Notes: generated from the sequence alone by a model not told the origin. Positions 23,952 to 34,265 are shown, counted from the stretch's first letter. The stretch is 57,660 nucleotides of DNA from an uncultured Bacilli bacterium (GCA_947632455.1 CANRPK010000006.1:1-57660); one strand, 5' to 3'. Made by a program: numbers and translations.

Positions 23952-24491
23952 TTATTTAGCTGCTTTCTTACCTTCTTTACGACGTACATATTCGCCTTTA
24001 TAACGAATACCTTTACCTTTATAAGGTTCAGGTTCTCTTACTTTACGAACATTAGCCGCAAATTCCGCAACTTTTTGTTTATCTATTCCACTAATAGTAA
24101 TTTCAGTATTACTTACTTGTTCTACTTTCATATCACTAGGAACTTCAATAACAACAGGATGAGAGAAACCAGCACTGATGTTTATTTTATTGCCACTAAC
24201 TTGAAATCTGTATCCAACACCAACTGCTTCTAATCCTTTACTAAATCCTTCACTAACACCAATAACCATGTTTTTAATTAAAGAATTCATTGTTCCTACA
24301 CATACATTAGCTTCTCTAGTTTGATTTTTTTCTTTAGTTTCAATAGTTTGTTCTTCAATAACAACTTCTACTAAATCATTAATTGCTTGAGTTAATGAAC
24401 CCTTAGGTCCTTTAACTGTAATAACATTATTTTCTATACTAGCACTAACACCATTAGGCATTGCGATCTTTCTATTACCAATTCTACTCAT
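23952..24491 (-). CDS. rplF: 50S ribosomal protein L6
   Basis: [14 protein letters not shown]. Confidence 0.97.
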   Translation of the reverse strand: MSRIGNRKIAMPNGVSASIENNVITVKGPKGSLTQAINDLVEVVIEEQTIETKEKNQTREANVCVGTMNSLIKNMVIGVSEGFSKGLEAVGVGYRFQVSGNKINISAGFSHPVVIEVPSDMKVEQVSNTEITISGIDKQKVAEFAANVRKVREPEPYKGKGIRYKGEYVRRKEGKKAAK

Positions 24492-24500
24492 AGTATTTCC

Positions 24501-24896
24501 TTACCAAACATAGGCAAGTACTTCGCCTCCTAATCCTGCTTCTCTAGCTTCTTTATCAGTCATTAAACCTTTAGAAGTAGAAATAATTGCAATTCCAAGT
24601 CCATTTAGAACACGAGGAATTTCTTCACTTTTAGCATAAACTCTTAAACCAGATTTACTAATTCTTTTAAGTCCAGTAATAACTCTTTCTTTCTTTTCGC
24701 CATATTTTAAAGTAATTGTAAGCTTATTACCAGTTATAGCTTCTTCATTTTTATAATCAGCTATATATCCTTCTCTTTTAAGAATTTCTGCAATTCCTAA
24801 AGTCATCTTTGTTCCAATAACTTCAACTTCTTCATATTTCATTTGATTTGCATTACGAATTCTTGTAAGCATATCAGCAATTTTATCTTGAACCAT
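24501..24896 (-). CDS. rpsH: 30S ribosomal protein S8
   Basis: [20 protein letters not shown]. Confidence 0.97.
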   Translation of the reverse strand: MVQDKIADMLTRIRNANQMKYEEVEVIGTKMTLGIAEILKREGYIADYKNEEAITGNKLTITLKYGEKKERVITGLKRISKSGLRVYAKSEEIPRVLNGLGIAIISTSKGLMTDKEAREAGLGGEVLAYVW

Positions 24897-24912
24897 TTAA
24901 ATTCCTCCTTCC

Positions 24913-25098
24913 TTACCAACTTGATTTCTTAACGCCTGGTATTTTACCTTCATTTGCAAGTTCTCTAAAGCAAATACGGCAAATTCCAAACTTACGCATT
25001 ACGCCATGAGGTCTACCGCATCTTTCACATCTAGTATAAGCACGAACTTGAAACTTAGGTGTTCTTTTATTTTTAATAATCATACTTTTCTTTGCCAT
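24913..25098 (-). CDS. rpsZ: 30S ribosomal protein S14 (zinc-binding type Z)
   Basis: RCERCGR...CRICFR. Confidence 0.96.
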   Translation of the reverse strand: MAKKSMIIKNKRTPKFQVRAYTRCERCGRPHGVMRKFGICRICFRELANEGKIPGVKKSSW

Positions 25099-25107
25099 AG
25101 TTACCTC

Positions 25108-25647
25108 CTAATTCTTAAAAGGCATACCAAATGCCTTTAATAAAGCAAATGCTTCTTCGTTAGTTTTAGCAGTTGTAACGAATACAATATCCATACCACG
25201 AACTTTAACAACATTATCATATTCAATTTCTGGGAAAATTAATTGTTCTTTAATTCCTAAAGTATAGTTACCTTTTCCATCAAATGCAGTTTTAGAAACA
25301 CCTCTAAAATCACGAACACGAGGAAGTGCTACTCTGATTAATTTTTCCATAAAATTATACATAGCTTCTCCTCTTAAAGTAACTTTAACTCCTATTGCTT
25401 GTCCTTCACGAACTTTAAAACCAGCAATAGATTTTTTAGCTTTAGTAACTACTGTCTTTTGACCAGTTATAAGCTCTAAATCTTTTTGAGCAGCTTCAAT
25501 AAATTTATGATCATGAGATCCATCTCCACAACCCATATTTATAACGATTTTTTCTAATTTTGGTACTTGCATTATACTTGAATATTTAAATTCATCTTTT
25601 AAACTTTTAACGATTTTTTCATCGTAAATCTTTTTATAGTTACTCAT
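25108..25647 (-). CDS. rplE: 50S ribosomal protein L5
   Basis: [14 protein letters not shown]. Confidence 0.97.
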   Translation of the reverse strand: MSNYKKIYDEKIVKSLKDEFKYSSIMQVPKLEKIVINMGCGDGSHDHKFIEAAQKDLELITGQKTVVTKAKKSIAGFKVREGQAIGVKVTLRGEAMYNFMEKLIRVALPRVRDFRGVSKTAFDGKGNYTLGIKEQLIFPEIEYDNVVKVRGMDIVFVTTAKTNEEAFALLKAFGMPFKN

Positions 25648-25657
25648 AAATATTCAC

Positions 25658-25933
25658 CTACTTAGTCTTACTTTCTTTTTTAGTTTTTGTTGTAGCTTTT
25701 TTCTCTTCTTTTACTGTAGTTTTTTTAACATTTGATACGTGAATAGGTGCCTCTATATCGAATATTCCACCTTTATCATTTTGATTATTTGGTTTAACGT
25801 GTTTTTTAACCATATTAAGTCCTTCAACAACAACTTTATTTTCTGTTTTTAAAGTTTTAATAACTTTTCCACTTTTACCTTTATCTTTACCGGCAATTAT
25901 CATTACTTCATCGCCAACTTTAATTTTCATCAT
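25658..25933 (-). CDS. rplX: 50S ribosomal protein L24
   Basis: KOW motif [25 protein letters not shown]. Confidence 0.93.
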   Translation of the reverse strand: MMKIKVGDEVMIIAGKDKGKSGKVIKTLKTENKVVVEGLNMVKKHVKPNNQNDKGGIFDIEAPIHVSNVKKTTVKEEKKATTKTKKESKTK

Positions 25934-25943
25934 TTAAAGCCTC

Positions 25944-26312
25944 CTAAATAACTTCCTTAGCTAAAGAAACAATCTTCATATAATCATGTTCTCTTAGCTC
26001 TCTTGCAACCGGTCCTAAAACTCTAGTTCCAAGTGGAGTTTTGTCATCTTTAATTAAAACACAAGCGTTGTCATCAAATTTAATATAGCTTCCATCATTT
26101 CTTCTAATACCTTCACGAGTTCTAACAATAACTGCTTTTACAACTTTACCTTTTTTCATATTTGAATTAGGTATCGCTTTTTTAACAGTTCCGACTACTA
26201 CATCTCCGATATTTCCATATTTAACTTTAGAACCACCCATAACTCTTATAACAAGTAATTCTCTAGCTCCGGTATTATCGGCAACTTTTAATACTGTTTC
26301 CTGTTGAACCAT
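25944..26312 (-). CDS. rplN: 50S ribosomal protein L14
   Basis: VADNTGA, FDDNA. Confidence 0.97.
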   Translation of the reverse strand: MVQQETVLKVADNTGARELLVIRVMGGSKVKYGNIGDVVVGTVKKAIPNSNMKKGKVVKAVIVRTREGIRRNDGSYIKFDDNACVLIKDDKTPLGTRVLGPVARELREHDYMKIVSLAKEVI

Positions 26313-26323
26313 TTTAATACCTC

Positions 26324-26581
26324 CTATAGAATTACAGCTTTAGAAACGATTTCTACTAGTTCATATCTTTTAGTTTTAGATAATGGCTTAGTAGCTCTAA
26401 TTCTAACTGTATCTCCCATTCCAGCTTCATTCTTTTCATCATGAGCAGTATATTTTTTTGAATATTTAACACGTTTACCATATAATGGATGAGTCTTATA
26501 AGTTTCTACTAAAACAGTAATAGTTTTATCATTAGCATTACTAACAACTCTTCCGACTAATTCTTGTTTTCTATTCTCCAT
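26324..26581 (-). CDS. rpsQ: 30S ribosomal protein S17
   Basis: HPLYGK, AHDE, PLSKTK; start placed at MENRK. Confidence 0.93.
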   Translation of the reverse strand: MENRKQELVGRVVSNANDKTITVLVETYKTHPLYGKRVKYSKKYTAHDEKNEAGMGDTVRIRATKPLSKTKRYELVEIVSKAVIL

Positions 26582-26789
26582 CATGAGCCTCCTTAAGTTC
26601 TTTTTCACGCATAACAGTTTTCATTCTCGCTACATCTTTTCTAAGTTCTTTAATTTTTGAAGGCTTCTCTAAAGTACCAGTAGCTTGTTTCATACGAAGA
26701 TTAAATAATTCTTTTTTAGTTTCTCTAATCTTGCCTTCTAATTCTTTGTTAGAAAGTTCTCTTATATCTTTAATTTTCAAGAGTTCCAC
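26571..26789 (-). CDS. rpmC: 50S ribosomal protein L29 (true start probably a few codons downstream)
   Basis: ELFNLR..., [13 protein letters not shown]. Confidence 0.93.
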   Translation of the reverse strand: MELLKIKDIRELSNKELEGKIRETKKELFNLRMKQATGTLEKPSKIKELRKDVARMKTVMREKELKEAHDGE

Positions 26790-27213
26790 CTTCCTTTACA
26801 TCTTTTTTCACAAATTTTGTTTTAATTGGTAACTTATAACTAGCAAGTCTTAAAGCTTCTCTAGCTGTTGCTTCATCAACGCCACCAATTTCAAACATAA
26901 TCTTTCCTTCTTTAACTACAGCTACCCAATCTTCTACATTACCTTTTCCTGTTCCTTGACGAGTTTCAAGAGGTTTTTTTGTAATGGCTAAGTGTGGGAA
27001 AATATTGATCCAAACTCTACCACCACGTTTCATGTAACGAGTCATTGCGATACGAGCAGCCTCTATTTGACGAGCTGAAATCCAAGCCCCTTGTTTAGCT
27101 TGAAGACCATACTCTCCAAAATGAAGTTCAGTATTTCCTCTAGCATGACCATCATAAGTTAATCTATGTGGTTTTCTATATTTGGTCTTCTTTGGCATTA
27201 ACATGAGCTCCAT
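26770..27213 (-). CDS. rplP: 50S ribosomal protein L16
   Basis: [23 protein letters not shown]. Confidence 0.96.
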   Translation of the reverse strand: MELMLMPKKTKYRKPHRLTYDGHARGNTELHFGEYGLQAKQGAWISARQIEAARIAMTRYMKRGGRVWINIFPHLAITKKPLETRQGTGKGNVEDWVAVVKEGKIMFEIGGVDEATAREALRLASYKLPIKTKFVKKDVKEGGTLEN

Positions 27214-27859
27214 CTCCTCTCATCATCTTTTTAGCTGGTAGAATTTCATCTTTATAAATCCAAACTTTTACTCCTATTTTTCCATAAGTAGTATCAGCTT
27301 CAGCTATAGCGTAATCTACATCAGCTCTAATTGTATGAAGTGGTACAGTTCCTTCAGTATATCCTTCAGTACGAGCCATTTCTGCTCCACCTAATCTTCC
27401 AGATACACTAGTTTTAATACCTTTAGCTCCAGCTTTCATTGTATTTCTAATTGCTCTTTTTTGTGCACTTCTAAATGGTGCTCTAGCTTCAATTTGTGAA
27501 GCAATATTTTGCGCAACTAATTTAGCATTTAAATCTGGATTTTTAACTTCAACGATATTAACATATACATCTTCATCAACTAATTTTTTAATATCTTTTC
27601 TTAATTTTTCGATGTCTTCTCCGCCTTTACCAATAATTACACCAGGCTTAGCAGTATTAATTGTTACATCAATTCTATTTTTCTTACGTTCAATAACAAT
27701 ACTAGCAACTGCAGCATCTTTTAATTTTTTCTCAAGATATTCTCTAATTTTAATATCTTTATTTAAAGTAGCAGCATAATCTTTATTCGCATACCATTTA
27801 GATTCCCAATCTTTATTAACACCAAGTCTAAAACCTATTGGATTAACTTTTTGTCCCAT
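27176..27859 (-). CDS. rpsC: 30S ribosomal protein S3
   Basis: [21 protein letters not shown]. Confidence 0.97.
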   Translation of the reverse strand: MGQKVNPIGFRLGVNKDWESKWYANKDYAATLNKDIKIREYLEKKLKDAAVASIVIERKKNRIDVTINTAKPGVIIGKGGEDIEKLRKDIKKLVDEDVYVNIVEVKNPDLNAKLVAQNIASQIEARAPFRSAQKRAIRNTMKAGAKGIKTSVSGRLGGAEMARTEGYTEGTVPLHTIRADVDYAIAEADTTYGKIGVKVWIYKDEILPAKKMMRGDGAHVNAKEDQI

Positions 27860-28209
27860 TATGCTTCCTCCTTAACTTTACCATCACTAACTTTAATAGT
27901 TATATGACTTGTTCTTTTATCTCTTCTATCAACATTTCCACGGCTAGCAAATTTAATTCTTTTATAAACTTGTCCCGGATTAATATAGCACTCACTAATT
28001 CTTAATTCTTCTTCTTTAGCACCATTATTATTAACTGCATTAGCTATAGCACTGTTAAGAACTTTAAGAATTAATCTTGCTGCTTTAGTATTAGTATTTT
28101 CTAAAATACCTTGAGCAGTTTGTACATCTTTACCACGGATTAAATCTAATGTCATTCTAGCTTTTCTAGGGGCAATCATAGCTCCCTTATGTATTGCATA
28201 AGCTTCCAT
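27859..28209 (-). CDS. rplV: 50S ribosomal protein L22
   Basis: APRKAR, SAIANA, TSHIT. Confidence 0.95.
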   Translation of the reverse strand: MEAYAIHKGAMIAPRKARMTLDLIRGKDVQTAQGILENTNTKAARLILKVLNSAIANAVNNNGAKEEELRISECYINPGQVYKRIKFASRGNVDRRDKRTSHITIKVSDGKVKEEA

Positions 28210-28220
28210 TTATTTACCTC

Positions 28221-28493
28221 CTACTTTTGTCCTGCATGGCCACCAAACTTACGAGTCATTGAAAACTCTCCAAGTTTATGTCCTACCATATCTTCTGTAA
28301 TATAAACAGGAATAAATTCCTTTCCATTATGAACAGCAATAGTATGTCCTACAAAATCAGGAAAAATAGTTGAACGACGTGACCAAGTTTTAATAACTTC
28401 TTTTTTGCCAGTCTTATTTAATTCTTGAACCTTCTTAAGTAATCTATCGAAAACATAAGGTCCTTTCTTTAAACTTCTTGCCATTTTACTCAC
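28221..28493 (-). CDS. rpsS: 30S ribosomal protein S19
   Basis: [24 protein letters not shown]. Confidence 0.97.
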   Translation of the reverse strand: MSKMARSLKKGPYVFDRLLKKVQELNKTGKKEVIKTWSRRSTIFPDFVGHTIAVHNGKEFIPVYITEDMVGHKLGEFSMTRKFGGHAGQK

Positions 28494-29324
28494 CTATTTG
28501 TTCTTTCTACTAACAATTAACTTGCTAGAAGCTTTTTTATTTTTTCTTGTCTTATAACCAAGTGCTGGTTTACCCCAAGGTGTCATTGGACTCTTACGTC
28601 CTACTGGAGTACGTCCTTCACCACCACCATGAGGGTGATCATTAGGGTTCATAACAGATCCACGGTTTGTAGGTCTAATTCCCATATGACGTTTACGTCC
28701 AGCTTTTCCTAAATTAACAAGTTCGTAATCTTCATTACCAACTACTCCTATAGTAGCCATACATGCTCCAAGAACTTTTCTAGTTTCACCACTTTGAAGA
28801 CGAAGAATAACATATTTACCATCACGGCCTAATATTTGAGCACTAGCTCCCGCACTTCTTGCCATCTCAGCACCTTTACCAGGCTTAAGTTCTATACAAT
28901 GTACTACTGTACCTACTGGAATAACTTCAAGAGGTAAAGCATTACCAACTTTAATATCTGCATCACGACCATTTTCAATGATCATGCCAACTTCTAATCC
29001 TTTAGGAGCTATAATATATCTTTTTTCACCATCTAAATAGTTAATTAAAGCTATATTAGCACTTCTGTTTGGATCGTATTCAATACTTGCTACTCTACCA
29101 GTAACATTTGTTTTGTTTCGCTTATAATCAATTAAACGGTATTTTCTTTTTGCTCCGCCACCAATATGACGAACAGTTAACTTACCTTGATTATTTCTAC
29201 CACCAGTTTTAATTTTAGTTTTTGTTAAACTTTTTGTAGGAGTACTAGTAGTTATCTCTTCATTAACAAGTGTAGTCATTCCCCTACGTCCATTAGTAGT
29301 AGGTTTAAATTTCTTAATAGCCAT
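28494..29324 (-). CDS. rplB: 50S ribosomal protein L2
   Basis: [17 protein letters not shown]. Confidence 0.98.
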   Translation of the reverse strand: MAIKKFKPTTNGRRGMTTLVNEEITTSTPTKSLTKTKIKTGGRNNQGKLTVRHIGGGAKRKYRLIDYKRNKTNVTGRVASIEYDPNRSANIALINYLDGEKRYIIAPKGLEVGMIIENGRDADIKVGNALPLEVIPVGTVVHCIELKPGKGAEMARSAGASAQILGRDGKYVILRLQSGETRKVLGACMATIGVVGNEDYELVNLGKAGRKRHMGIRPTNRGSVMNPNDHPHGGGEGRTPVGRKSPMTPWGKPALGYKTRKNKKASSKLIVSRKNK

Positions 29325-29337
29325 AACTTACGCCTCC

Positions 29338-29616
29338 TTATAATTCAATATTAGAGTTTTTATCTAAGGTAACAATCGCTTTTTTATAAGTTTTAGTTTT
29401 ACCTGTATATCTTCCAACTCTTCTATCTTTAGCTTTTGTATTTAATGTATTTACACTTAATACTTTAACTCCAAATGCTTTTTCAATCGCTTTTTTAATT
29501 TGTGATTTATTAGCTGTATCAGCTACTTTAAATGTATATACATTATCTTTTTGCATTTTATTTGCACTTTTTTCAGTAATAACTGGTGAATAAATAATAT
29601 CTGTATAATCTTTCAT
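29338..29616 (-). CDS. rplW: 50S ribosomal protein L23
   Basis: PVITEKS, KKAIVTL. Confidence 0.96.
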   Translation of the reverse strand: MKDYTDIIYSPVITEKSANKMQKDNVYTFKVADTANKSQIKKAIEKAFGVKVLSVNTLNTKAKDRRVGRYTGKTKTYKKAIVTLDKNSNIEL

Positions 29617-30236
29617 TATTTAAGCACCTCCTCGATTTTTTGGATAGCTTCTTCGGTAATTACAAGAACATCAGCATTTACGATATCTAAAGCATTGATA
29701 TCTTCACTCATAATATGATAAGCATATCCTAAATTTTTTGTAGCCATATATAAATTTTCATTTTCATCTTTAGTTACAAATAATACTTTTCCTTCAAGTT
29801 TTAAACTTTTAATTAATTCTTTAACTTCTTTAGTTTTTAAACTCTCAAGTTTTAAACTATCTAATACTACTAACTCTTTATCTTGAGCTTTATGTGATAA
29901 AGCACTCTTTAAAGCTAGTACTCTTTCTTTTCTATTAATATCAAAAGTATAATCGCGAGGGCTGATTGCATGAACCATACCGCCGCCTCTCCATTGAGGA
30001 GCACGTGTACTACCTTGACGAGCACGTCCAGTACCTTTTTGTTTCCAAGGCTTTCTTCCTCCTCCAGAAACTTCACCACGATTTTTAGCTTTTGCTGTAC
30101 CTTGACGAGTAGCATCAAGTTGTAATCTAATCATCTTTTTTAAAACTAAATCATTAGCTTCAATATTCCAAACACTGTCTTTTAAAGTTAAATCTTTAAC
30201 TTCTTCACCAGCGATATTTTTAACTTTTACTTTCAT
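29616..30236 (-). CDS. rplD: 50S ribosomal protein L4
   Basis: KPWKQKGTGRARQGS. Confidence 0.97.
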   Translation of the reverse strand: MKVKVKNIAGEEVKDLTLKDSVWNIEANDLVLKKMIRLQLDATRQGTAKAKNRGEVSGGGRKPWKQKGTGRARQGSTRAPQWRGGGMVHAISPRDYTFDINRKERVLALKSALSHKAQDKELVVLDSLKLESLKTKEVKELIKSLKLEGKVLFVTKDENENLYMATKNLGYAYHIMSEDINALDIVNADVLVITEEAIQKIEEVLK

Positions 30237-30258
30237 TTTTCGAATTCCTTTCTAAAAA

Positions 30259-31056
30259 CTAATTGTTTTCTCCTGGATTTTCGGAAGCAGTTTCTGTTTC
30301 TGTAGTCTCTTCAGTTACTTCTTCAACAGTTGTAACTTCTTCATTATTGCTTTCTTCAGTAACTTCACTTGGTGCCTCAACTACTTCATCAACAACAGTC
30401 TCATAAGTTAAAATTTCTTTTGGTGCTTTCTTTTTAGAATTTTTAACTGCTGTTTTAATTAATACTAATGAATTTTTTGCTCCCGGAATATTGCCACTAA
30501 CTAAAATATAGTTTTCATTTTCATTAACTTCAATAACTTCCAAATTTTGAATAGTAACAGTTTCTACACCCATATGTCCAGATAAATGTTTACCTTTTAA
30601 AACTCTTTTTGGAAGCATTGTTCCCATAGATCCTGGTCTTCTGTGATACATTGAACCATGAGTTTCAGGTCCTCTAGATTGATTATAACGTTTAATAACT
30701 CCAGTAAAACCTTTACCTTTGCTAGTACCTGTAACGTCAATAATATCCCCTACTTCAAACAAACTTGCGCCTATTGTATCACCAACGTTATAAGTTCCCT
30801 CATAATCTCTGATTTCCTTTAAGAAGCGCTTAGGAGTTGTGTTTGCTTTCTTAGCTCTACCAATTTCTGCCTTAGTAGCTCTTTTTTCTTTTTTCTCAAA
30901 TACGCCTAATTGAATAGCATTATAGCCATCAGACTCTTTAGTTTTAACTTGCATTACAGTATTAGGAGCAACCTCAACAACTGTAACAGGAATTAACTTA
31001 CCATCTTTAGAAAAAACTTGAGTCATTCCGAGCTTACGCCCTAAGATTCCTTTCAT
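30259..31056 (-). CDS. rplC: 50S ribosomal protein L3 with acidic C-terminal extension
   Basis: [14 protein letters not shown]; ~50-aa Glu/Thr-rich tail. Confidence 0.96.
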   Translation of the reverse strand: MKGILGRKLGMTQVFSKDGKLIPVTVVEVAPNTVMQVKTKESDGYNAIQLGVFEKKEKRATKAEIGRAKKANTTPKRFLKEIRDYEGTYNVGDTIGASLFEVGDIIDVTGTSKGKGFTGVIKRYNQSRGPETHGSMYHRRPGSMGTMLPKRVLKGKHLSGHMGVETVTIQNLEVIEVNENENYILVSGNIPGAKNSLVLIKTAVKNSKKKAPKEILTYETVVDEVVEAPSEVTEESNNEEVTTVEEVTEETTETETASENPGENN

Positions 31057-31075
31057 TTTTTAATCCTCTTTTCTA

Positions 31076-31384
31076 TTATAATTTTATATCAATGTCAACA
31101 CCACTAGGTAAATCTAAATGAGTTAAAGCATCAATAGTTTCTTTACTTGGGTTTTTAATATCTACAAGTCTTTTATGAGTACGCATTTCAAATTGTTCAC
31201 GTGCATCTTTATATTTGTGTACCGCTCTTAAAACAGTATATTTTTGAACTTCTGTTGGAAGTGGTACAGGTCCAGATATTTCCCCACCTGTTCTTTTTAC
31301 AGTTTCTACAATTTTTAAAGCCGCAGTATCAAGAAGTCTATGATCATAAGCTTTTAAATTGATTCTAACTTTTGTATTTGACAT
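31076..31384 (-). CDS. rpsJ: 30S ribosomal protein S10
   Basis: [17 protein letters not shown]. Confidence 0.97.
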   Translation of the reverse strand: MSNTKVRINLKAYDHRLLDTAALKIVETVKRTGGEISGPVPLPTEVQKYTVLRAVHKYKDAREQFEMRTHKRLVDIKNPSKETIDALTHLDLPSGVDIDIKL

Positions 31385-31548
31385 TATTCATGTCCTCCTT
31401 TCGCCTATATCTAGTATAGACTTGCATCCGTCCGAATTAACCTGATAGTAGATTTGAATGAAACAACCAACCCTAGCGTATCAGCAACCTCGTACATCCA
31501 AGCCAGTCATACGCAATAAATTATATCAATATATTCTATGAACGTCAA
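31385..31548 (-). promoter_or_regulatory. S10 operon promoter and GC-richer 5' leader
   Basis: TTGACG(31548-31543)-17-TATAAT(31525-31520); ~130-nt leader richer in GC than typical intergenic DNA; AAGGAGG RBS. Confidence 0.65.
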
Positions 31549-31567
31549 GTAAAAATTAGCATTTAAA

Positions 31568-31619
31568 TAAAAAAAATGCTGTTATAATCGCAGGTTATCT
31601 AACCTACAATATCAGCATT
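31568..31619 (-). terminator. Rho-independent terminator closing the region downstream of paralog 3
   Basis: Minus strand AATGCTG..TTGTAGGTTA GA TAACCTGCGA..CAGCATT followed by a T-run. Confidence 0.7.
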
Positions 31620-31708
31620 AAATATTAAAGTCTAAAACTAAGGACTAATCTTAGAACCAATTCTAACTATATTTAGTCTTAACCAAATATTTGAGTAAAA
31701 AGGTTATT

Positions 31709-31812
31709 GACGCACACTAAGACCAGTGTTACCCACGTGCGCAGCGCCGAGGATGCCATCATTATACACATCGAACACGGCTGCCCAACCATCGACCCAA
31801 TAGTGAAGCGGA
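31709..31812 (-). repeat. Orphan non-coding VR-like copy
   Basis: 104 nt TCCG...GTGTGCGTC aligning with VR1-4 only across the VR; flanks non-homologous; in-frame stops on both sides. Confidence 0.8.
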
Positions 31813-31844
31813 TCAAAAATACGTGCCTAGATTAACCCTGAAAA

Positions 31845-32081
31845 ATGCTTCCTCACGTGATACAACCCACGTGAAGAAAATGCAAAGTCGACAACAAACG
31901 TTGCCGACTATACCTGTCTTCAAAATATTATCTTGCAAAAATACTTTTGCAAATTTGGATATAATTCTTATATATAACTTTGGTGAGGCAGGTCCAAAAT
32001 GAAGAGTCATTTTGAACCACCAACACTACACTCCTTGAAGTGTCACTTTATTCGTAGTCTCACCTTAATGCGACTACGAAT
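31845..32081 (-). ncRNA. Candidate structured RNA (cluster of about six hairpins)
   Basis: Inverted repeats at 31849-31878, 31886-31909, 31933-31952, 31991-32018, 32028-32043 and 32050-32081; imperfect positions are G.U pairs on the minus strand. Confidence 0.5.
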
Positions 32082-33604
32082 GGACTACTAGATTTACCAT
32101 TACCTCCTGAGAATGTTGTATCAGCCTTCAGATTAACTACTGGACGCACACCATAAGCGGCACCAACGCCCGCACCCCAGAAGCGGCCATCAGTACGCAC
32201 ATCGAACACGCTAGCCGTCTTAACATCGACATCATAGCTCCACGGAGACATTGTCCAATAGTATTGGTTAGTATATAGCCAGTAGTTAGTTCCTACTGTT
32301 CCTCCAAATCCTCCAGCCATAGCAACTTCATCACTTGTAATAAGCCCTACTGGATTTGTAAGTACTTCATTACCTCTGCCTGAGTTTTTTGTTGTGAATA
32401 AATCTCTTTTGAATGCCTTTGCATCTATTTCATCAAAACTAGTAAATCCTTCTTCTTCAGTTGGGTCTGTTTCGGGCATTACAACACCGCACTTTAATGT
32501 TGGATATTGTTTTTTTCTCCAAGCTCCGCCTTTGGCAATCAATCTTGATGCTGGTGCATATCCACTTGCACTTTGACCTGTACCATCGCCATTGTAATTA
32601 TTCCAATTTCCTTTTACTACTACTCGATCATTACACCATCCTGTACTTCCATCTAGATAATCAGTATAATTTGTCATTGCTCCTGTTCCGCTATACCAAT
32701 TATCAACAACCGTAGCTATATTACTAGCAGTAGCATTTGAGTGGACTTCATCATAAGGTGGAGTTGGTTTTTCATCCGAATGCGCTGTTCCATAATAATA
32801 TCCGACATAAGTGTTGTCATCATATGGAGCTGGCTTATAAGCAGTTCCACCTACAGCGTTTGTAGTTGCTCCTTCAGTAGTTGTACAATTTGTAGTTGCA
32901 CATTGGAATATCATTCTTAATGTTCCATCTCCATTTATTCTGATTATTCTCCATGTATGCCCAGCAAAATTGACCCAGTTATTTACATCTTCATTGTTAC
33001 CTCTAAAGACATAACTAACTCCATAATTATCTGGGCTGGTATATAATTTCTCTTTTTTTTCGGGATTTTCTACATCTGCATTATATTGTCCAGTTATTGG
33101 GCTTGGCATTTTATCTATGGTATAGTTACTTTTCTTCACAGCCTCAAGTTTAGCAAGCATATCCTTAGCTGGAGCAAATTCATCAAGATAAATATAGCAT
33201 TTTGTATTGCTCTTGTTAACACCACTAAATGTTAAACTAAAACCATTATAATCTACACTTACTGTATTATCGCTATCAGAACCATAAACTTTTTGCTGTC
33301 CAACCTCACAATATGATTGGCCATTAATTTTATAATTACCGATTGGTACATCTTCTCTACCATAATCTCCTGTAAGCGTTCCATATTCATCTACATGCTT
33401 AACATTAACAGCAAGTAAATTAAAATCAGCTAGTGAAAAATTTACAGTACCTGATGCTAACTCAATACTTTCTGTATTTCTATACTTAGCATAGGAAAAA
33501 CATAAAGTAAGAACACCAACTAGAACAACGGCAAACAAGGAAATACCTAGGCTTAAACGTTTCCAAAACCTTTTTTTCCCTGACGATAATGTTTCAAATT
33601 TCAT
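32060..33604 (-). CDS. Secreted hypervariable protein, paralog 3 (putative DGR target)
   Basis: TM then SYAKYRNTESIELASG; YWTMSP-[variable]-GVRPVVNL; divergent N-terminal domain. Confidence 0.75.
   Translation of the reverse strand: MKFETLSSGKKRFWKRLSLGISLFAVVLVGVLTLCFSYAKYRNTESIELASGTVNFSLADFNLLAVNVKHVDEYGTLTGDYGREDVPIGNYKINGQSYCEVGQQKVYGSDSDNTVSVDYNGFSLTFSGVNKSNTKCYIYLDEFAPAKDMLAKLEAVKKSNYTIDKMPSPITGQYNADVENPEKKEKLYTSPDNYGVSYVFRGNNEDVNNWVNFAGHTWRIIRINGDGTLRMIFQCATTNCTTTEGATTNAVGGTAYKPAPYDDNTYVGYYYGTAHSDEKPTPPYDEVHSNATASNIATVVDNWYSGTGAMTNYTDYLDGSTGWCNDRVVVKGNWNNYNGDGTGQSASGYAPASRLIAKGGAWRKKQYPTLKCGVVMPETDPTEEEGFTSFDEIDAKAFKRDLFTTKNSGRGNEVLTNPVGLITSDEVAMAGGFGGTVGTNYWLYTNQYYWTMSPWSYDVDVKTASVFDVRTDGRFWGAGVGAAYGVRPVVNLKADTTFSGGNGKSSSPFVVALR
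32143..32246 (-). repeat. Variable region VR3
   Basis: Aligns with the other VRs; one extra codon. Confidence 0.72.
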
Positions 33605-33664
33605 TTATTTTTAACTCCTTTCTTTAAAACACTTACTTCCTTATTCTTCCTAAATATATCATAA

Positions 33665-33671
33665 TTCGACA
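33665..33671 (-). promoter_or_regulatory. Candidate Spo0A box
   Basis: TGTCGAA on the minus strand, ~60 nt upstream of the paralog 3 start. Confidence 0.4.
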
Positions 33672-33776
33672 AAAAAGTCTACTATTTATAGAACTTTTTT
33701 TAAAAGTTCTATTATTTGTGTTAGTAACTTTAAAACGATTGGGAATTATAATTAAAATGTAGTAGGTGGTAGTATC

Positions 33777-34220
33777 ATGAGGTTTAATCGAAACGACGAA
33801 AACTACGTTTACGGTTTTGTTGGAAAAAATATAAAAAAATACCGTAAAATGCAAGGTTTAACCCAGGATGAACTTGCGTCATTAGTAAATTATTCGCCTT
33901 CTTTTATAGCCAATATTGAGTCATCCACACACCAAACTTTTTCCTTAGGAGCCTTATGGCGCATTGCCACTGCCCTAGGTGTTAGCCTTCATGAAATATG
34001 TTATGATAACAACAAATTAGGAAGTGCAAATAATATGAATAGTGTCCTATATATCTGTGATAGTTGTTCCAATACTATCGATATGCCTATAGAAGTAGTC
34101 GATGTTTTCGAATTTATTTACGCAGTTGGTAAAAGTAAAGAACTATACCCAACATTTACTTGCCCCAAATGTGGTGGAAAACTTATTCCTAAAAAAAATG
34201 ATCCCCTCGACAAAATGTGA
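33777..34220 (+). CDS. XRE-HTH regulator with C-terminal zinc ribbon
   Basis: NIKKYRKMQGLTQDELA; CDSC...CPKC. Confidence 0.8.
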   Translation: MRFNRNDENYVYGFVGKNIKKYRKMQGLTQDELASLVNYSPSFIANIESSTHQTFSLGALWRIATALGVSLHEICYDNNKLGSANNMNSVLYICDSCSNTIDMPIEVVDVFEFIYAVGKSKELYPTFTCPKCGGKLIPKKNDPLDKM

Positions 34221-34265
34221 CAAAATATTCCTCTTTAATATGTTAGTATTAAATTGTGATGAATT

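Noticed and set aside
31709-31812. Calling the orphan repeat the canonical DGR template (TR) for VR1-4
   Set aside because: It has only about 15 adenines, and most mismatches to the VRs fall at non-A bases; a true TR would be AAY-rich.
31813-32010. 65-aa ORF as an Avd accessory protein or RT fragment
   Set aside because: Too short, no RT or Avd-like motifs, poorly placed RBS, and it runs through the hairpin cluster; likely incidental.
33635-33646. Complementarity between the conserved 3' hairpin loop (GCUUUCUUAUUC) and the paralog 3 leader (GAAUAAGGAAGU)
   Set aside because: Only 12 nt, needs two G.U pairs, and is low-complexity purine/pyrimidine sequence; chance cannot be excluded.
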